Below are positions 17,387 to 27,608 of a DNA stretch of 64,000 nt, piece by piece. Under the pieces are notes generated by a model. It was not told where the DNA came from, did not search any database, and saw only the letters and a list, made by a program, of their open reading frames with translations. Source of the stretch: Bacteroidota bacterium (lineage in GTDB: Bacteria; Bacteroidota; Bacteroidia; Chitinophagales; Chitinophagaceae). The DNA is taken from NCBI GenBank assembly GCA_048498035.1, contig JBEHYT010000005.1, positions 107,919 through 171,918 on the forward strand, written 5' to 3'. How positions within the stretch are numbered: the stretch's first letter is position 1; the number at the start of each line of letters is the position of its first letter. The position numbers and the translations under genes are program-made.

Positions 17387-19396
17387 TTATTTCTTTTTTA
17401 CGGGAACCAGTAAAACGCCATCGGCGATCACGGTGCCATTTGCGCCTTTATTGCTTATTGTTACAGCTGTTTTGTTACCGGCGGGCAATTTAAACCGGCC
17501 CAAGTGCACCCATTCTCCATTTGTTTGGCCCAACACCGTTACCGCCGCCATTTGAATAGTGATTTCCTTTTTTTGAGTTCCATTGTCCACTACGCAATGC
17601 AGGGTAGAAGAGGGATTGCTAACCTTTGGTAAAGCATAGGTATAAATATCGTATAAGCCCGATTTAGCAAGAGCAGGCCGGAAGATAACGGCTTTTGGTT
17701 TATCATTCACGGTGGAATAATAGGCTGTAGGTCCGTAAGTGCCGCCTTTTTTCACAGACCATTGTCCCTGCAGTTCCACATGCGCACTATCATCATTGTC
17801 TACAAGAATATCAGGCGTGCTGCCATCTGCCAGCGGATTTACGGTAAGAATATGTTGCATTTTCTTCACGTCCACGTCCTGCACCGCCGTTTTACCGTCT
17901 ACTGCAAGTGCAGCGGCAAGGCCGGAAGATTGACCGAGCACCATAAAAACCGGTTCCATGCGAATGGAACCATAACCGATATGGCTCGCAGACAGGCACA
18001 CGGGCACCAGCAGGTTGCGGCATTCTGATCGTTTGGGTGTTATGGCCCGGTAGGCAATTGGATAAGGACCCGCTCCACCCCGTTCTACATCACCTTCATT
18101 TTTCACCATTCCGTTCATCACCAGTCGCTGCGTGTTGTGGGAGTCCATTCCGTAGGCGGCCATTCCGATTCCATCTTCTACCACTTCCTTTCGTTCGCAG
18201 TTGGCCTGTGTCATTACATATTCGCCCAGCATTCTTCGCGCTTCGCGTACATAGATCTGTGGTGTCCAGTTGTCATTGTCCTGGTATTCATCTTTAGGAT
18301 AACCCCAATTGAGCATAAATTGACGTACAGAGTCCGGGATGCGTGGGTCATGCCCGATGAAATAGAGCAGGCCCTGGTTGTAGGTTTTCAGTTCCTGGTA
18401 AAATGCATCACGCGTGGCATAGTCGGCTTCCGGGTAATGCCAGTTTCTGCCAATCATATCGGTTGAAAATCCGCCTCCGTTGTTAATATCAGTTTTATGA
18501 TTGGGCATCAGGTCAAATTTCAGGATCTCGCGGATATCATTTGGCGCGGTGAGCCGCGCGATATAACGTGGCAGTAGTTCATATTTCAGTGAGTCGTACC
18601 CGGCTGGCCGGGTGATGGGTATCCGGTTGGCGGGATCATCTGTGAGGCAGATGCGGAAATTATAAGCCTGCACATGCTTGTCGCCGCTGCCAATAGGCGC
18701 AAGGGCAGCATCGGAGATTCCCCACAGCAGTCCGCTGGAAGGAACGCCGGGTATCCTATAGGGATCTACGCCATCGGGAATTTGATTGCCATGTTGAGGT
18801 GTTGCAGGTGGTTGCACCTGTACACCATTGTAGCTTTCGCCGTACTGGCTGGATGATTCCCTTCCCACTGTAAAGCTTACACCTGAACGCGCCATCAGGT
18901 CACCTTCATAGGTACAGTCAATAAAGATCTTTGCACGAATTACCACTGTAGCAGCCGGTTTTTTTGAAAGATCTTCCAGTTCAATGCTATGGATAATGCC
19001 GTCGCTGTGATCAGCTTTTACAATGCGGTGCTGGTATCGTACTTCCACACCTGCGGCGTGGATATAATCCAGGTAAACATTTTCGGCTACATGCGGCTCA
19101 AAGATCCACGCTTCAAATTGTCCGTACTGTTTTCCTACGCGACGGTAGAAGTCGAGACCCAGTCCTGTTACTGCATATTTATTCCCGATATCTGTATAAC
19201 CCAATCCGCCGGAAGTGAGTCCGCCCAGGTGTTTGCCGGGTTCCAGCAGTACTACCGATTTTCCCATTTTTTTTGCGGTGTAGGCTGCCATTACGCCGGC
19301 AGAAGTGCCGCCGTACACACATACATCGTATTGTTGTTGTGCTTTTGTTTTCCCGATCAGCAGGATGCACAGTGATGCAATTACAATCCGTTTCAT
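17387..19396 (-). CDS. Secreted FAD-dependent oxidoreductase (family often mis-annotated as xanthan lyase), paralogue 1
   Basis: Signal peptide, then the Rossmann motif YDVCVYGGTSAGVMAA and GGLTSGGLGYTD. It is paralogous to 24230..25873, sharing motifs such as YVREARRM and IRMEP. Confidence 0.8.
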   Translation of the reverse strand: MKRIVIASLCILLIGKTKAQQQYDVCVYGGTSAGVMAAYTAKKMGKSVVLLEPGKHLGGLTSGGLGYTDIGNKYAVTGLGLDFYRRVGKQYGQFEAWIFEPHVAENVYLDYIHAAGVEVRYQHRIVKADHSDGIIHSIELEDLSKKPAATVVIRAKIFIDCTYEGDLMARSGVSFTVGRESSSQYGESYNGVQVQPPATPQHGNQIPDGVDPYRIPGVPSSGLLWGISDAALAPIGSGDKHVQAYNFRICLTDDPANRIPITRPAGYDSLKYELLPRYIARLTAPNDIREILKFDLMPNHKTDINNGGGFSTDMIGRNWHYPEADYATRDAFYQELKTYNQGLLYFIGHDPRIPDSVRQFMLNWGYPKDEYQDNDNWTPQIYVREARRMLGEYVMTQANCERKEVVEDGIGMAAYGMDSHNTQRLVMNGMVKNEGDVERGGAGPYPIAYRAITPKRSECRNLLVPVCLSASHIGYGSIRMEPVFMVLGQSSGLAAALAVDGKTAVQDVDVKKMQHILTVNPLADGSTPDILVDNDDSAHVELQGQWSVKKGGTYGPTAYYSTVNDKPKAVIFRPALAKSGLYDIYTYALPKVSNPSSTLHCVVDNGTQKKEITIQMAAVTVLGQTNGEWVHLGRFKLPAGNKTAVTISNKGANGTVIADGVLLVPVKKK

Positions 19397-19405
19397 GTTG
19401 TTGAT

Positions 19406-20632
19406 TTATTCGGTATAATCAAGGTCTTTTGAAAATGTTTCCTGCATGCCCCATACGGCAAAGAGCGCTACCAGCAGCGCCAGCGCTGCCACGATACCGC
19501 CCGATGAAAGAACGCCGTATTTTTTAGTGCAAAACAGGAATAACGGTGTAAAAAGGTTTACACTGCCGCGAACAAAATTTGGAACGGTGGTGGCTACAGT
19601 TGCGCGCAGGTTAGTGCCAAACTGCTCCGCAGCGATGGTGACAAAAAGCGCCCAGTATCCAATGGCAAATCCAAGAATACCGCAAAGAATGTAAAAGAGC
19701 AGCGTACCGCCGGCGGGCTGAAGCAGGTAAACAGAGGTAGCTGTTGCCGTCAGGAAAATAAACAGCAGTACCACTTTCTTCCGGCTTCGGAGCCATTGAC
19801 TCAGCAGGCCGCTGGTCATATCACCTAAAGAGAGCCCAATGTACGAACACATTACTGCCTTGCCAGCCTGGATAGGTTCCGCCAGTCCGAGCGCTTTACC
19901 AAATTCAGGTGAAAACGTGATGAGGATGCCAATTACAAACCAGATGGGCAACCCAATCAGGATGCAACGCAGGTATTTTACCAGCCGTTTGCGGGAACTG
20001 AAAAGCATAAAGAAATTGCCTCTTTTCGTGGTCGTTTTTCGGACCGCTTCAAACACACCCGATTCAAACACGTTAAACCGCAATACCAATAATGCTAGTC
20101 CAAGTCCGCCACCAATAAAGTACGCAATGCGCCAGTCGTAAATATCGGCAACGAAATATGCAAGTACCGCTCCCAGTACACCTACCGATGCAACGATGGC
20201 AGTGCCATAACCACGCGTTTCTTTCGGAAGAATTTCGGCAACCAGTGTAATACCGGCGCCCAGTTCTCCGGCCAGGCCAATACCGGCGATAAAACGTAAT
20301 GCTGAATACTGGTCCAGGTTGGTCACAAAACCATTGGCAATGTTGGCTAATGAATAAAGTATAATGGAGCCAAACAAAACCGAGAGTCGCCCGCGGCGAT
20401 CACCCAGCACACCCCAGAAGATACCGCCAACCAGCATGCCTGCCATCTGGATATTGATCAGCATCACCCCTTTATTCAGCAGTTGATCTGCGGGAACGTG
20501 AAGTCCTTTAAGGCTGGGAACGCGAACAATGCTAAACAGGAGCAGGTCATATATATCTACAAAGTAACCAAGCGCAGCAACAATTACAGGCAACGATAGC
20601 AGGGCGCGGAGGGAAGGTCTTGTATCTGTCAT
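19406..20632 (-). CDS. MFS transporter
   Basis: 408 aa and roughly 12 TM segments, with the MFS loop motif GVLGDRRGR. Confidence 0.88.
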   Translation of the reverse strand: MTDTRPSLRALLSLPVIVAALGYFVDIYDLLLFSIVRVPSLKGLHVPADQLLNKGVMLINIQMAGMLVGGIFWGVLGDRRGRLSVLFGSIILYSLANIANGFVTNLDQYSALRFIAGIGLAGELGAGITLVAEILPKETRGYGTAIVASVGVLGAVLAYFVADIYDWRIAYFIGGGLGLALLVLRFNVFESGVFEAVRKTTTKRGNFFMLFSSRKRLVKYLRCILIGLPIWFVIGILITFSPEFGKALGLAEPIQAGKAVMCSYIGLSLGDMTSGLLSQWLRSRKKVVLLFIFLTATATSVYLLQPAGGTLLFYILCGILGFAIGYWALFVTIAAEQFGTNLRATVATTVPNFVRGSVNLFTPLFLFCTKKYGVLSSGGIVAALALLVALFAVWGMQETFSKDLDYTE

Positions 20633-20641
20633 GATAATGAA

Positions 20642-21397
20642 TTACGATAAAAGTTTAGCGAGATAGGCAGGATAACTTTCTTTGTCGATAGATCCATCTC
20701 CTTTTGTAATACTATCCCCGAAGCACACTATTTTCCCCGTGGGAAGCTGGTGATATTGCACATATTGGCTCACAGCCAGCGCCAGGAAGCGATAGCCATC
20801 GCGGGTAGGATGTACACCATCCGTTTTCCCGGAATTGGCTTCATTACGGATAAGGCTTTCGGGATCAAGTCCAACCTTGCCCACTTTTTCAAAAATGCTT
20901 CCAAGGTCCAGCAAGTCGGCCTTGCGGGCCGTGGCCACGTCCTGAATGATCTGGTTCACCTGCTTGCGACGTCCTTCAGCGCCTTCCGGCTGGAAAAATT
21001 CAGCGGGGTGGCGGGTGAGCAGATAAGGTTCGTAGAAGGGAAGAATTGTCATCATCAGCAAACGCGCGCCGCTGTCCTGAATTTTTTCCGCCAGCCAAAG
21101 CAGGTTGCTCTTGTATTTATCGGGCGCTACATGTTTCCCATTGGCCATATCGTTAGTGCCCACCATCATGATCACCAGTTCCGGCTTATGTGCCAGGCAA
21201 TCGGTGTCAATACGTTTAATAAGATTGGTAGTGGTATTACCGGCAATACCGGTATTGATCACCACAGGTGTTGTTGCAGTAGCAAGCCATGAAGAAGACT
21301 TCAATGGCGAGGGGGCAGCCAGCAGACGACTACCACCGGCCAGTCCCAATCCTGCAAGAATGGAACGCTGGATAAAATGTTTGCGGGATGTTGACAT
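20642..21397 (-). CDS. SGNH/GDSL hydrolase with an unusual block order (II-III-V-I)
   Basis: Tat-like leader SRKHFIQRSILAGLGLAGG. Block II is NTGIAGNTT, block III is MVGTNDM, block V is DGVHPT, and the nucleophile block I (VCFGDSITKG) sits at the extreme C-terminus. Confidence 0.8.
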   Translation of the reverse strand: MSTSRKHFIQRSILAGLGLAGGSRLLAAPSPLKSSSWLATATTPVVINTGIAGNTTTNLIKRIDTDCLAHKPELVIMMVGTNDMANGKHVAPDKYKSNLLWLAEKIQDSGARLLMMTILPFYEPYLLTRHPAEFFQPEGAEGRRKQVNQIIQDVATARKADLLDLGSIFEKVGKVGLDPESLIRNEANSGKTDGVHPTRDGYRFLALAVSQYVQYHQLPTGKIVCFGDSITKGDGSIDKESYPAYLAKLLS

Positions 21398-21411
21398 ATT
21401 GATTTTTTTTG

Positions 21412-21427
21412 ATGCTAATTCGATTTA
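21412..21427. promoter_or_regulatory. Candidate LacI-family operator (TGCTAATTCGATTTAG, central CG)
   Basis: Near-palindrome CTAAtTCGAtTTAG, 15 nt upstream of the SGNH start. It matches 15 of 16 positions of the copy at 31002..31017 upstream of susC. Confidence 0.5.
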
Positions 21428-21439
21428 GTTCTATTGTTT

Positions 21440-21462
21440 TAAAAAAAGGCGGATTTCCGCCG
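21440..21462 (-). terminator. Rho-independent terminator after the LacI gene
   Basis: On the minus strand the hairpin GGCGG-AAAT-CCGCC is followed by TTTTTTT, just after the stop at 21466. Confidence 0.7.
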
Positions 21463-21465
21463 TCT

Positions 21466-22470
21466 TTATACGGAATCGCGGTAGATCATCCGGGTTGCCA
21501 ATTGCAACTCCGTTGTTTTACTTTTTTCTGTAATGCCCATTTCTCCCATCAGTATCTGCACTGCTGCTTTGGCAATAGCCTGTATCGGCTGCTGAATTGC
21601 GGTGATGGTGGGAGTGCAGAAATTAAACAGTTCATTATCGTCAAAACAAACCACGGCCAGTTCCGACGGGATTTTAATATCCAGGTCTTTGATGGCCTGC
21701 AGCCCCGCAATACCCACATAGTTGGTGGCAAACAGCACGGCGTCCAGTTCCTGCGTCTGCAGAAATTCCCGGATAGCTTCTACAGAAGCGTTCTTTGTAA
21801 AATTGTAGTTGAGTTTCAGCACCTGGCTTTTCTTCACCGGTATTTTATGTTTCCGCAACGTGTCTACATAGCCGCGCTCCCGGTCTTTCATTTGCACCAG
21901 GTCCATGTCCACTGTTACAAACCCGATCTTCTTGCGGCCATTGGTAAGCAGGTGCGTAACGCCCTGAACGATGCCTCCGTAGTTATCAGCCATTACATAG
22001 GGGCATTTTATTTTTCCAAAATAGCGGTCAATCTGTACTACGGGCAGGTTTTTCTTAACCAGGTCTGCCAGTCGTGTTGCCATACCTGCATTAGGGGTAA
22101 CGAGATAACCGTCTACCTGTTGTCGTTGCAACATGGTGATCAGTTCATCGGCTTTTTTATTTTGATTTTCCGTACTGCAATAAACCACTTGGTAATTATG
22201 CGCATTCAGCTCTTCCTCGATCGTTTTAGCCAGGTTGGAAAAGAAGTGGTTGCCAATATCTTCCACGATAAGGCCAATAATACGTGTTTGGCCCGTGCGT
22301 AATGCAACTGCGATGTTATTGGGCTGGTACGACATTTCCCTCGCCACTTTCAGGATCTTGCTGGTCACTTCCTCGCTGATGCGCATCTCTTTTTCGCGGC
22401 CGTTCAAAACGAACGATACCGTGGTGGGAGATACGCCAACCATTTTGGCAAGTTCTTTTAATGAAATCAT
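21466..22470 (-). CDS. LacI family transcriptional regulator
   Basis: N-terminal HTH ISLKELAKMVGVSPTTVSFVLNG plus a periplasmic-binding-protein-like sugar-binding core. Confidence 0.93.
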   Translation of the reverse strand: MISLKELAKMVGVSPTTVSFVLNGREKEMRISEEVTSKILKVAREMSYQPNNIAVALRTGQTRIIGLIVEDIGNHFFSNLAKTIEEELNAHNYQVVYCSTENQNKKADELITMLQRQQVDGYLVTPNAGMATRLADLVKKNLPVVQIDRYFGKIKCPYVMADNYGGIVQGVTHLLTNGRKKIGFVTVDMDLVQMKDRERGYVDTLRKHKIPVKKSQVLKLNYNFTKNASVEAIREFLQTQELDAVLFATNYVGIAGLQAIKDLDIKIPSELAVVCFDDNELFNFCTPTITAIQQPIQAIAKAAVQILMGEMGITEKSKTTELQLATRMIYRDSV

Positions 22471-22479
22471 CGGTTCGGT

Positions 22480-24228
22480 TTAATGCGTCAAATTTATGGT
22501 ATGCAGGTCAGTTTGTGCTCCCGCGGCCCGGATTAATGCAGCAATCACCTGGTTTGTCTCCGTCCCGGAATATTTCATTCGAATACGCCAGAGCAATTCT
22601 TCAACCGGAACAACAGAGTTGCCAGGTTGTAATGCTGCAACTGTCCAGGCCACGGGAGTTACACCCCGCTCACCTTTCCTTTCACCTTTTATAACATCTC
22701 GAAAAGTGCCATCGTCATTTTTTTCAAAGCGCGACCATGCATGTACGATCGTCCAGTTGAACCCTGTTGTATCAGCATTCATATATCCTGCAAGATCGCC
22801 AGGGTTGCCGGAGCCTTTTCGCTTCTGGTTTGCCCACAGCTGGTATTTTGCCGCTACCACGGGAATGGAAATACCCTGACTGTTCTTATACCAGCTTATT
22901 TTCCCATCGCCTCCATTATATGGCGAATATTGTACGGTAATTATGCCAGTGAGGTTGCTGATCTCTTCAACAAAGATGGCGCAGGCCTCACGGGCTTGCG
23001 GACTGTCTAATTTTTTGCAGATAATGCCCAGCACATGGGCGCCAATTTTATTCATACGCCGGTTTAAAATCCTGGCATAGGCATGCAGGAGAGAATCCGG
23101 GTGTGGGCGTGATCTTCCAAACAGATCGGGGTATAAATAGCCTCCACCATATTCGACAAGAGAAATAGATGCCGGTTGTTCGGTGGCCAGTTTGCTGTAC
23201 ACATCCGGGCTTGCCATGGAAAGATTCGAAATGCAGGTGGTAAAGCTCATAGGGATTTTATCACGGGCCGGATTTTTCCAATAATCGGTACTGCTCAAAA
23301 ACTGGTTGCTGGTCCATTGCATATTATCACCATCACTCAGCACAAAGGATCTGAAGCGGCTGTTATCCGACCAATCGATCGATTGCGGCTGGATGCTCTT
23401 GATTGTTGGCAATGCCTGTTTTGCCTGGATGCTTAGCATGGGGAGGTTCATGCAAAAATCACTAACTGTATTGATCATGCCCCATCTTGAGCACGGCGCG
23501 ATATGGCTGAATTCATCGCCTTTGTTCCAGCCTACTACTGGCGATAATGGTTCCATCCATTCCAGCACATGTTCCAGTAAACTATCTACACCGTAATAGA
23601 CCATTGCGCGGTGCGCGATGGCATAATCGCGGTTGTTGCCGATGGCCGGGTTTACCAGCACCAGCAGGTGGCGATTAAGCTGGGTACGTATGCTGTCGAA
23701 CCAACTAATGTTGGGAGCAACACCGGTAGCATCGGCCAGTTTGAGAAGTCCCATGGAGATGGCTTTCGGCTCCTGGCGCCGATCGATCAATGCTGCATCT
23801 AAAAGACCTGCATAAACGGTGGCTACATTAACTGAATTACCCGTGCTCCCGGCATCATACAACACATAACCTTTTACGATATTTTCCCGTTGATAGCGGG
23901 CGAGTAATTTCCACAGATCGATTGTCTTTCCCTTTTTTGCACCGGTACGCGCAAGCAGGGCATTGAAATAACCGGCATAATTTGGATTTGCATATTGGAT
24001 CCAAATGCCTTCCTGGCTGCGTCCTTCATTAACGGCTCTCGCCGCAAGCCCCGATAGCGATTGTGCCAGGTTCATCGCTGCAACATCACCGGGTGCCCCG
24101 GGATTGCAGGTAATGATTGTCCGCGGCGCTTTTTGCTCCGGCCACCAGTTGTCGATTTTTTCCTGCGCTGCCAGCGGCAGGCTTAGCAGCAGGAGCAATG
24201 TTGTTTTTATTTTTGAAACGCAGAACAT
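22480..24228 (-). CDS. GxGYxYP domain-containing putative glycoside hydrolase
   Basis: The eponymous motif is present as EYGGGYLYPD. There is a signal peptide after the internal Met (MFCVSKIKTTLLLLLSLPLAAQ), so the start is moved to 24228. Confidence 0.8.
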   Translation of the reverse strand: MFCVSKIKTTLLLLLSLPLAAQEKIDNWWPEQKAPRTIITCNPGAPGDVAAMNLAQSLSGLAARAVNEGRSQEGIWIQYANPNYAGYFNALLARTGAKKGKTIDLWKLLARYQRENIVKGYVLYDAGSTGNSVNVATVYAGLLDAALIDRRQEPKAISMGLLKLADATGVAPNISWFDSIRTQLNRHLLVLVNPAIGNNRDYAIAHRAMVYYGVDSLLEHVLEWMEPLSPVVGWNKGDEFSHIAPCSRWGMINTVSDFCMNLPMLSIQAKQALPTIKSIQPQSIDWSDNSRFRSFVLSDGDNMQWTSNQFLSSTDYWKNPARDKIPMSFTTCISNLSMASPDVYSKLATEQPASISLVEYGGGYLYPDLFGRSRPHPDSLLHAYARILNRRMNKIGAHVLGIICKKLDSPQAREACAIFVEEISNLTGIITVQYSPYNGGDGKISWYKNSQGISIPVVAAKYQLWANQKRKGSGNPGDLAGYMNADTTGFNWTIVHAWSRFEKNDDGTFRDVIKGERKGERGVTPVAWTVAALQPGNSVVPVEELLWRIRMKYSGTETNQVIAALIRAAGAQTDLHTINLTH

Positions 24229-24229
24229 A

Positions 24230-25873
24230 TTATTGTTTAGGCGCCGGTTGATCATTATCTGGTTCCTTTACGGTCTTCAGGTCGTCCAGTGTTTTAAGCG
24301 GTGATTCCAGGAAAGCATGGTTAGCCAGGAGGCGCTCCTGCAATTGTGCATAGCAAACATCCTGTACGGCGCTGTTTCCTTTTACCGCCAGTGCGGCGGC
24401 GGTGCCAGCTGCCTGCCCGATGATCATATACTGCGGTTCCATCCGGATGGTGGCATATGCAGCATGCGATGTAGAAAGGCAGATCGTAACCAGCAGGTTG
24501 CCGGCCTGCTCCTTGCGTGGTGTAATGGAACGATAAGGGATCTGGTAGGGGATATGCTTCATGCGTTCCTGCTCGGTACGTTGCGGTCCACCCTCGTATT
24601 TCAAAATACCTTTTTCATCGGCAAATCCCTGTACACGGTGCACATCCAATCCATAAGAGCCCAGCCCGATGGGATCTGGTTTTTGCATATCAGACACAAC
24701 ATCCTGTTGTTTCATAATATACGCGCCTTTCATCCTGCGGGCTTCACGCACATAGAGCTCGTAAGGCCAGTTGTTGTTGTCGGTAAATTCATCCTTCGAC
24801 AGCCCCCAGTTATTGATCTCATCACGGTATTCCTGCGGCAGGCGGGAATCATGACCCAGGAAATACATATAGCCCATTACATATTCCACATGATCCTGCC
24901 AGATGGCAGCACGTTTCTTGTAAGAACCATCGGGATATTCCCAGTTGCCGCCCACATAGTCGGCAGTATTCAGGTCTACTTTTCCATTGGGTACTTTGCC
25001 TGCACCGGGAAACATTTTCCGTGCTGCTTCCACCGCTCCCACGCGCTCAATAACTCCTTTTGTGGTACGCAGGAGTTCTTCATACTTCCAGGGATCATAG
25101 TGGGAAGGTTTTGGAAAAGGAACCTGGTTTGTTTTCACATTGGTGAGCGACAGACGAAAATTGTACGACTGCGTTTTATTATCGGCAGATCCAACAGGGC
25201 CGGGTGGGGTGGCTGCTACTTTATATAACAGTTTTCCGTTGACGTAAGCACTTCCGGAGCCATAGGCGTCGCGGATGCCGGCAGAATATTCGTTGTATTC
25301 TGACTGGGCTTCACGGCCCACAATGTAATCTACACCTGAAAAAGCCATCAGGTCGCCTTCATAGGTGGCGTCTATGAATACTTTTCCTGTGTACTGGGTG
25401 CCATCTTCCATGATGATTCGCTGGATTTGTCCGTCTTTCGTTATCACACCATTTTTTTCTTTCAGTCGTTGTTTGAATACAACGGTAACACCGGCTTCGT
25501 TCACCATTTCCCACAGAACTTTCTCGGCCACATGGGGTTCAGGGAACCAGCCAATGGAATCGCGGGTGATGGATTTATAATTATAATACTTACCCAGTCG
25601 TTTGTAAAATTCAAGCACATAGCCGCCAATTACGGAGCGGCGGCCAATATCAGTTGCCGATAAACCACCGGTTACCATACCGCCGATATGTTTTTTGGGT
25701 TCCAGTATCACCACCTTCATGCCTTCACGGGCAGCTGAAATGGCTGCCATTACCCCGGAAGCTGTTCCGCCGTATACCACCACATCAAAATTCCGTGGAG
25801 GAGAAGGATTACGGAAGGCTGTTAGCGCAATTGCGGCTAAGGAAGTAAACAACAATGAACGAAACAATTTCAT
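24230..25873 (-). CDS. Secreted FAD-dependent oxidoreductase, paralogue 2
   Basis: Signal peptide, then FDVVVYGGTASGVMAA and GGMVTGGLSATD. It is paralogous to 17387..19396. Confidence 0.8.
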   Translation of the reverse strand: MKLFRSLLFTSLAAIALTAFRNPSPPRNFDVVVYGGTASGVMAAISAAREGMKVVILEPKKHIGGMVTGGLSATDIGRRSVIGGYVLEFYKRLGKYYNYKSITRDSIGWFPEPHVAEKVLWEMVNEAGVTVVFKQRLKEKNGVITKDGQIQRIIMEDGTQYTGKVFIDATYEGDLMAFSGVDYIVGREAQSEYNEYSAGIRDAYGSGSAYVNGKLLYKVAATPPGPVGSADNKTQSYNFRLSLTNVKTNQVPFPKPSHYDPWKYEELLRTTKGVIERVGAVEAARKMFPGAGKVPNGKVDLNTADYVGGNWEYPDGSYKKRAAIWQDHVEYVMGYMYFLGHDSRLPQEYRDEINNWGLSKDEFTDNNNWPYELYVREARRMKGAYIMKQQDVVSDMQKPDPIGLGSYGLDVHRVQGFADEKGILKYEGGPQRTEQERMKHIPYQIPYRSITPRKEQAGNLLVTICLSTSHAAYATIRMEPQYMIIGQAAGTAAALAVKGNSAVQDVCYAQLQERLLANHAFLESPLKTLDDLKTVKEPDNDQPAPKQ

Positions 25874-25894
25874 GCGTTGGATTTGAAGTTTGGA

Positions 25895-27589
25895 TTAATA
25901 GTTGGGATTTTGCTGGAAATTGGCCTTGTTGGTAGACAGATCAATTTCTGATTGTGGTATCGGAAACAGGTAGTTTCTTGTTGAATCAAAACTGGTGCTG
26001 GTATTCGCGATTGTTGTGAAATTCTTTGATCTTGTTTTTTCCAGGAAAAAATAGAGTTTCCCGGTTCGTGCAAGATCAAACCAGCGTTGAAACTCGAAAC
26101 AAAGTTCGCGGGAGCGTTCCATCAGTATTTCATCGATCGTAATATCAGATGCTGTGTAATTTTTAAACGTAGGCGTGGTGGATGGATCTACCGGCAGCCC
26201 GGCAGAAGTAAGTCCGCGTGCCCGTTGGCGAACGGCATTGATCGCATCCAGTCCTTCGCTTGAGATGGTCCCGTTCTTTTTATAATCTGCTTCAGCAAAC
26301 ATCAGCAGTACGTCCGCAAATCGCAGCACAATTACGTTATTTGGACAATTGGAATACAAATAGGGCATTGTTTCGCGCCAGCTGTTTCCCCAACGGTATT
26401 TTGTAACGCCACAGCGACCGAGCACCGTTGAATTATAAGAATCGGGATTATAAGCAGAACCCCAGATATAAGTGAGTCCGGCGGGCGCATTGTTACTTAC
26501 ATTTACCAGTGAATCCGTAAGGTTCCAAAGCCGGCGTTTGTCGTAGTCAGGCGCGCTGAGTGATGCTTTGTAATATTTGTAAAACTTCGGTACGTACACC
26601 AGGTTGCATTGCCCGATCATGGCATTGGTATAGTAAGCGGGGTTACCATTGATAGTTCCGCTGGCAATCATACCATATTCTTTGGTCCACTGTGTTCCGT
26701 ACGGTGAGGTAGCGCTAAACTGCAGTTCGAAAATTGATTCTGCATTAACGTTTTTGTTTTCAATTTTGAACACATCACCATAAACCGGTAACAGGTGTGC
26801 ACCGCTGTGATCTTTTACATCTTTTAATACCGTCCAGGCTTTTGTGTACAGGTCATTTACCGAAGTGGTGATCGTTGAATAGCCCGGAACTTTATTGGCT
26901 TCTTTTGCAGACGCCATCGTTAGATATACTTTTCCCAGTAAGGTTTTAGCAGCCCATTGATTGGCGTGCCCGTCATTTGTTTTTGCGGTGGGCAGTACGC
27001 CATCGGATGAAGCATAGTCAAGATCATCCAGGATCACCTGGTACACTTCGTTGATGGGTCTGCGCGGCAGCCCGTAATCGAAATCGCCGGTGATCGGTTC
27101 TGTGATAATGGGAATTTCTCCAAACGCCTGTACCAGGCGGAAATACACGAATGCGCGGATAAACCGGGCTTCGCCGATGATGCGATTGCGATCGGCATCG
27201 GAGATGCTCGTTACATTTTGCGCAGCAACGATCATCACATTTGCACGGGCTGCAATCTGGAAGTGCCGAAACCAATATTCGTATACGGCGCCCTCGTTTG
27301 CATTGAAGGTGTAGCGGTCAAAATTAAAGCGAACGCCGGATGAGCCTTTGAACATTCCTTCGTCTGTTCCCAATTCAGTCATAAACAGCGGCGTGTTGGT
27401 ATATACGCCAAAGAGGTCTTTGGCTGATGAATACATACCAACGATGCCCGCGTCAAGCGTGGTTTTATCTACAAAGAAATTGTCGGCCGTGTATTGCGTC
27501 TGCGGTTTTTCCTGCAGGTATTTTTTACAACCTGAGCTGCACACCAGGAACAGGCTTGCTGCAGCGATTATTTTAATAGTCGATTTCAT
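25895..27589 (-). CDS. SusD/RagB family nutrient-binding outer-membrane lipoprotein
   Basis: Lipoprotein leader MKSTIKIIAAASLFLVCSSGC, TPR-like SusD features (RAFVYFRLVQAFGEIPI, LMERSRELCFEFQRWFDL) and a position directly downstream of susC. The start is moved to 27589. Confidence 0.92.
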   Translation of the reverse strand: MKSTIKIIAAASLFLVCSSGCKKYLQEKPQTQYTADNFFVDKTTLDAGIVGMYSSAKDLFGVYTNTPLFMTELGTDEGMFKGSSGVRFNFDRYTFNANEGAVYEYWFRHFQIAARANVMIVAAQNVTSISDADRNRIIGEARFIRAFVYFRLVQAFGEIPIITEPITGDFDYGLPRRPINEVYQVILDDLDYASSDGVLPTAKTNDGHANQWAAKTLLGKVYLTMASAKEANKVPGYSTITTSVNDLYTKAWTVLKDVKDHSGAHLLPVYGDVFKIENKNVNAESIFELQFSATSPYGTQWTKEYGMIASGTINGNPAYYTNAMIGQCNLVYVPKFYKYYKASLSAPDYDKRRLWNLTDSLVNVSNNAPAGLTYIWGSAYNPDSYNSTVLGRCGVTKYRWGNSWRETMPYLYSNCPNNVIVLRFADVLLMFAEADYKKNGTISSEGLDAINAVRQRARGLTSAGLPVDPSTTPTFKNYTASDITIDEILMERSRELCFEFQRWFDLARTGKLYFFLEKTRSKNFTTIANTSTSFDSTRNYLFPIPQSEIDLSTNKANFQQNPNY

Positions 27590-27608
27590 TACAGGCAAGT
27601 TTGGGTGG

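Noticed and set aside
21409-22302. A 297-aa plus-strand ORF antisense to the LacI gene. Similar long antisense ORFs are 24317..25228 (303 aa), 15505..16299 (264 aa) and 20750..21292 (180 aa).
   Set aside because: Each lies fully inside a minus-strand gene with strong family signatures (LacI HTH, FAD Rossmann motif, GH92 motifs, SGNH blocks). The antisense translations are Cys/His/Phe-rich with no recognisable domain. They are typical shadow ORFs in GC-moderate coding DNA.
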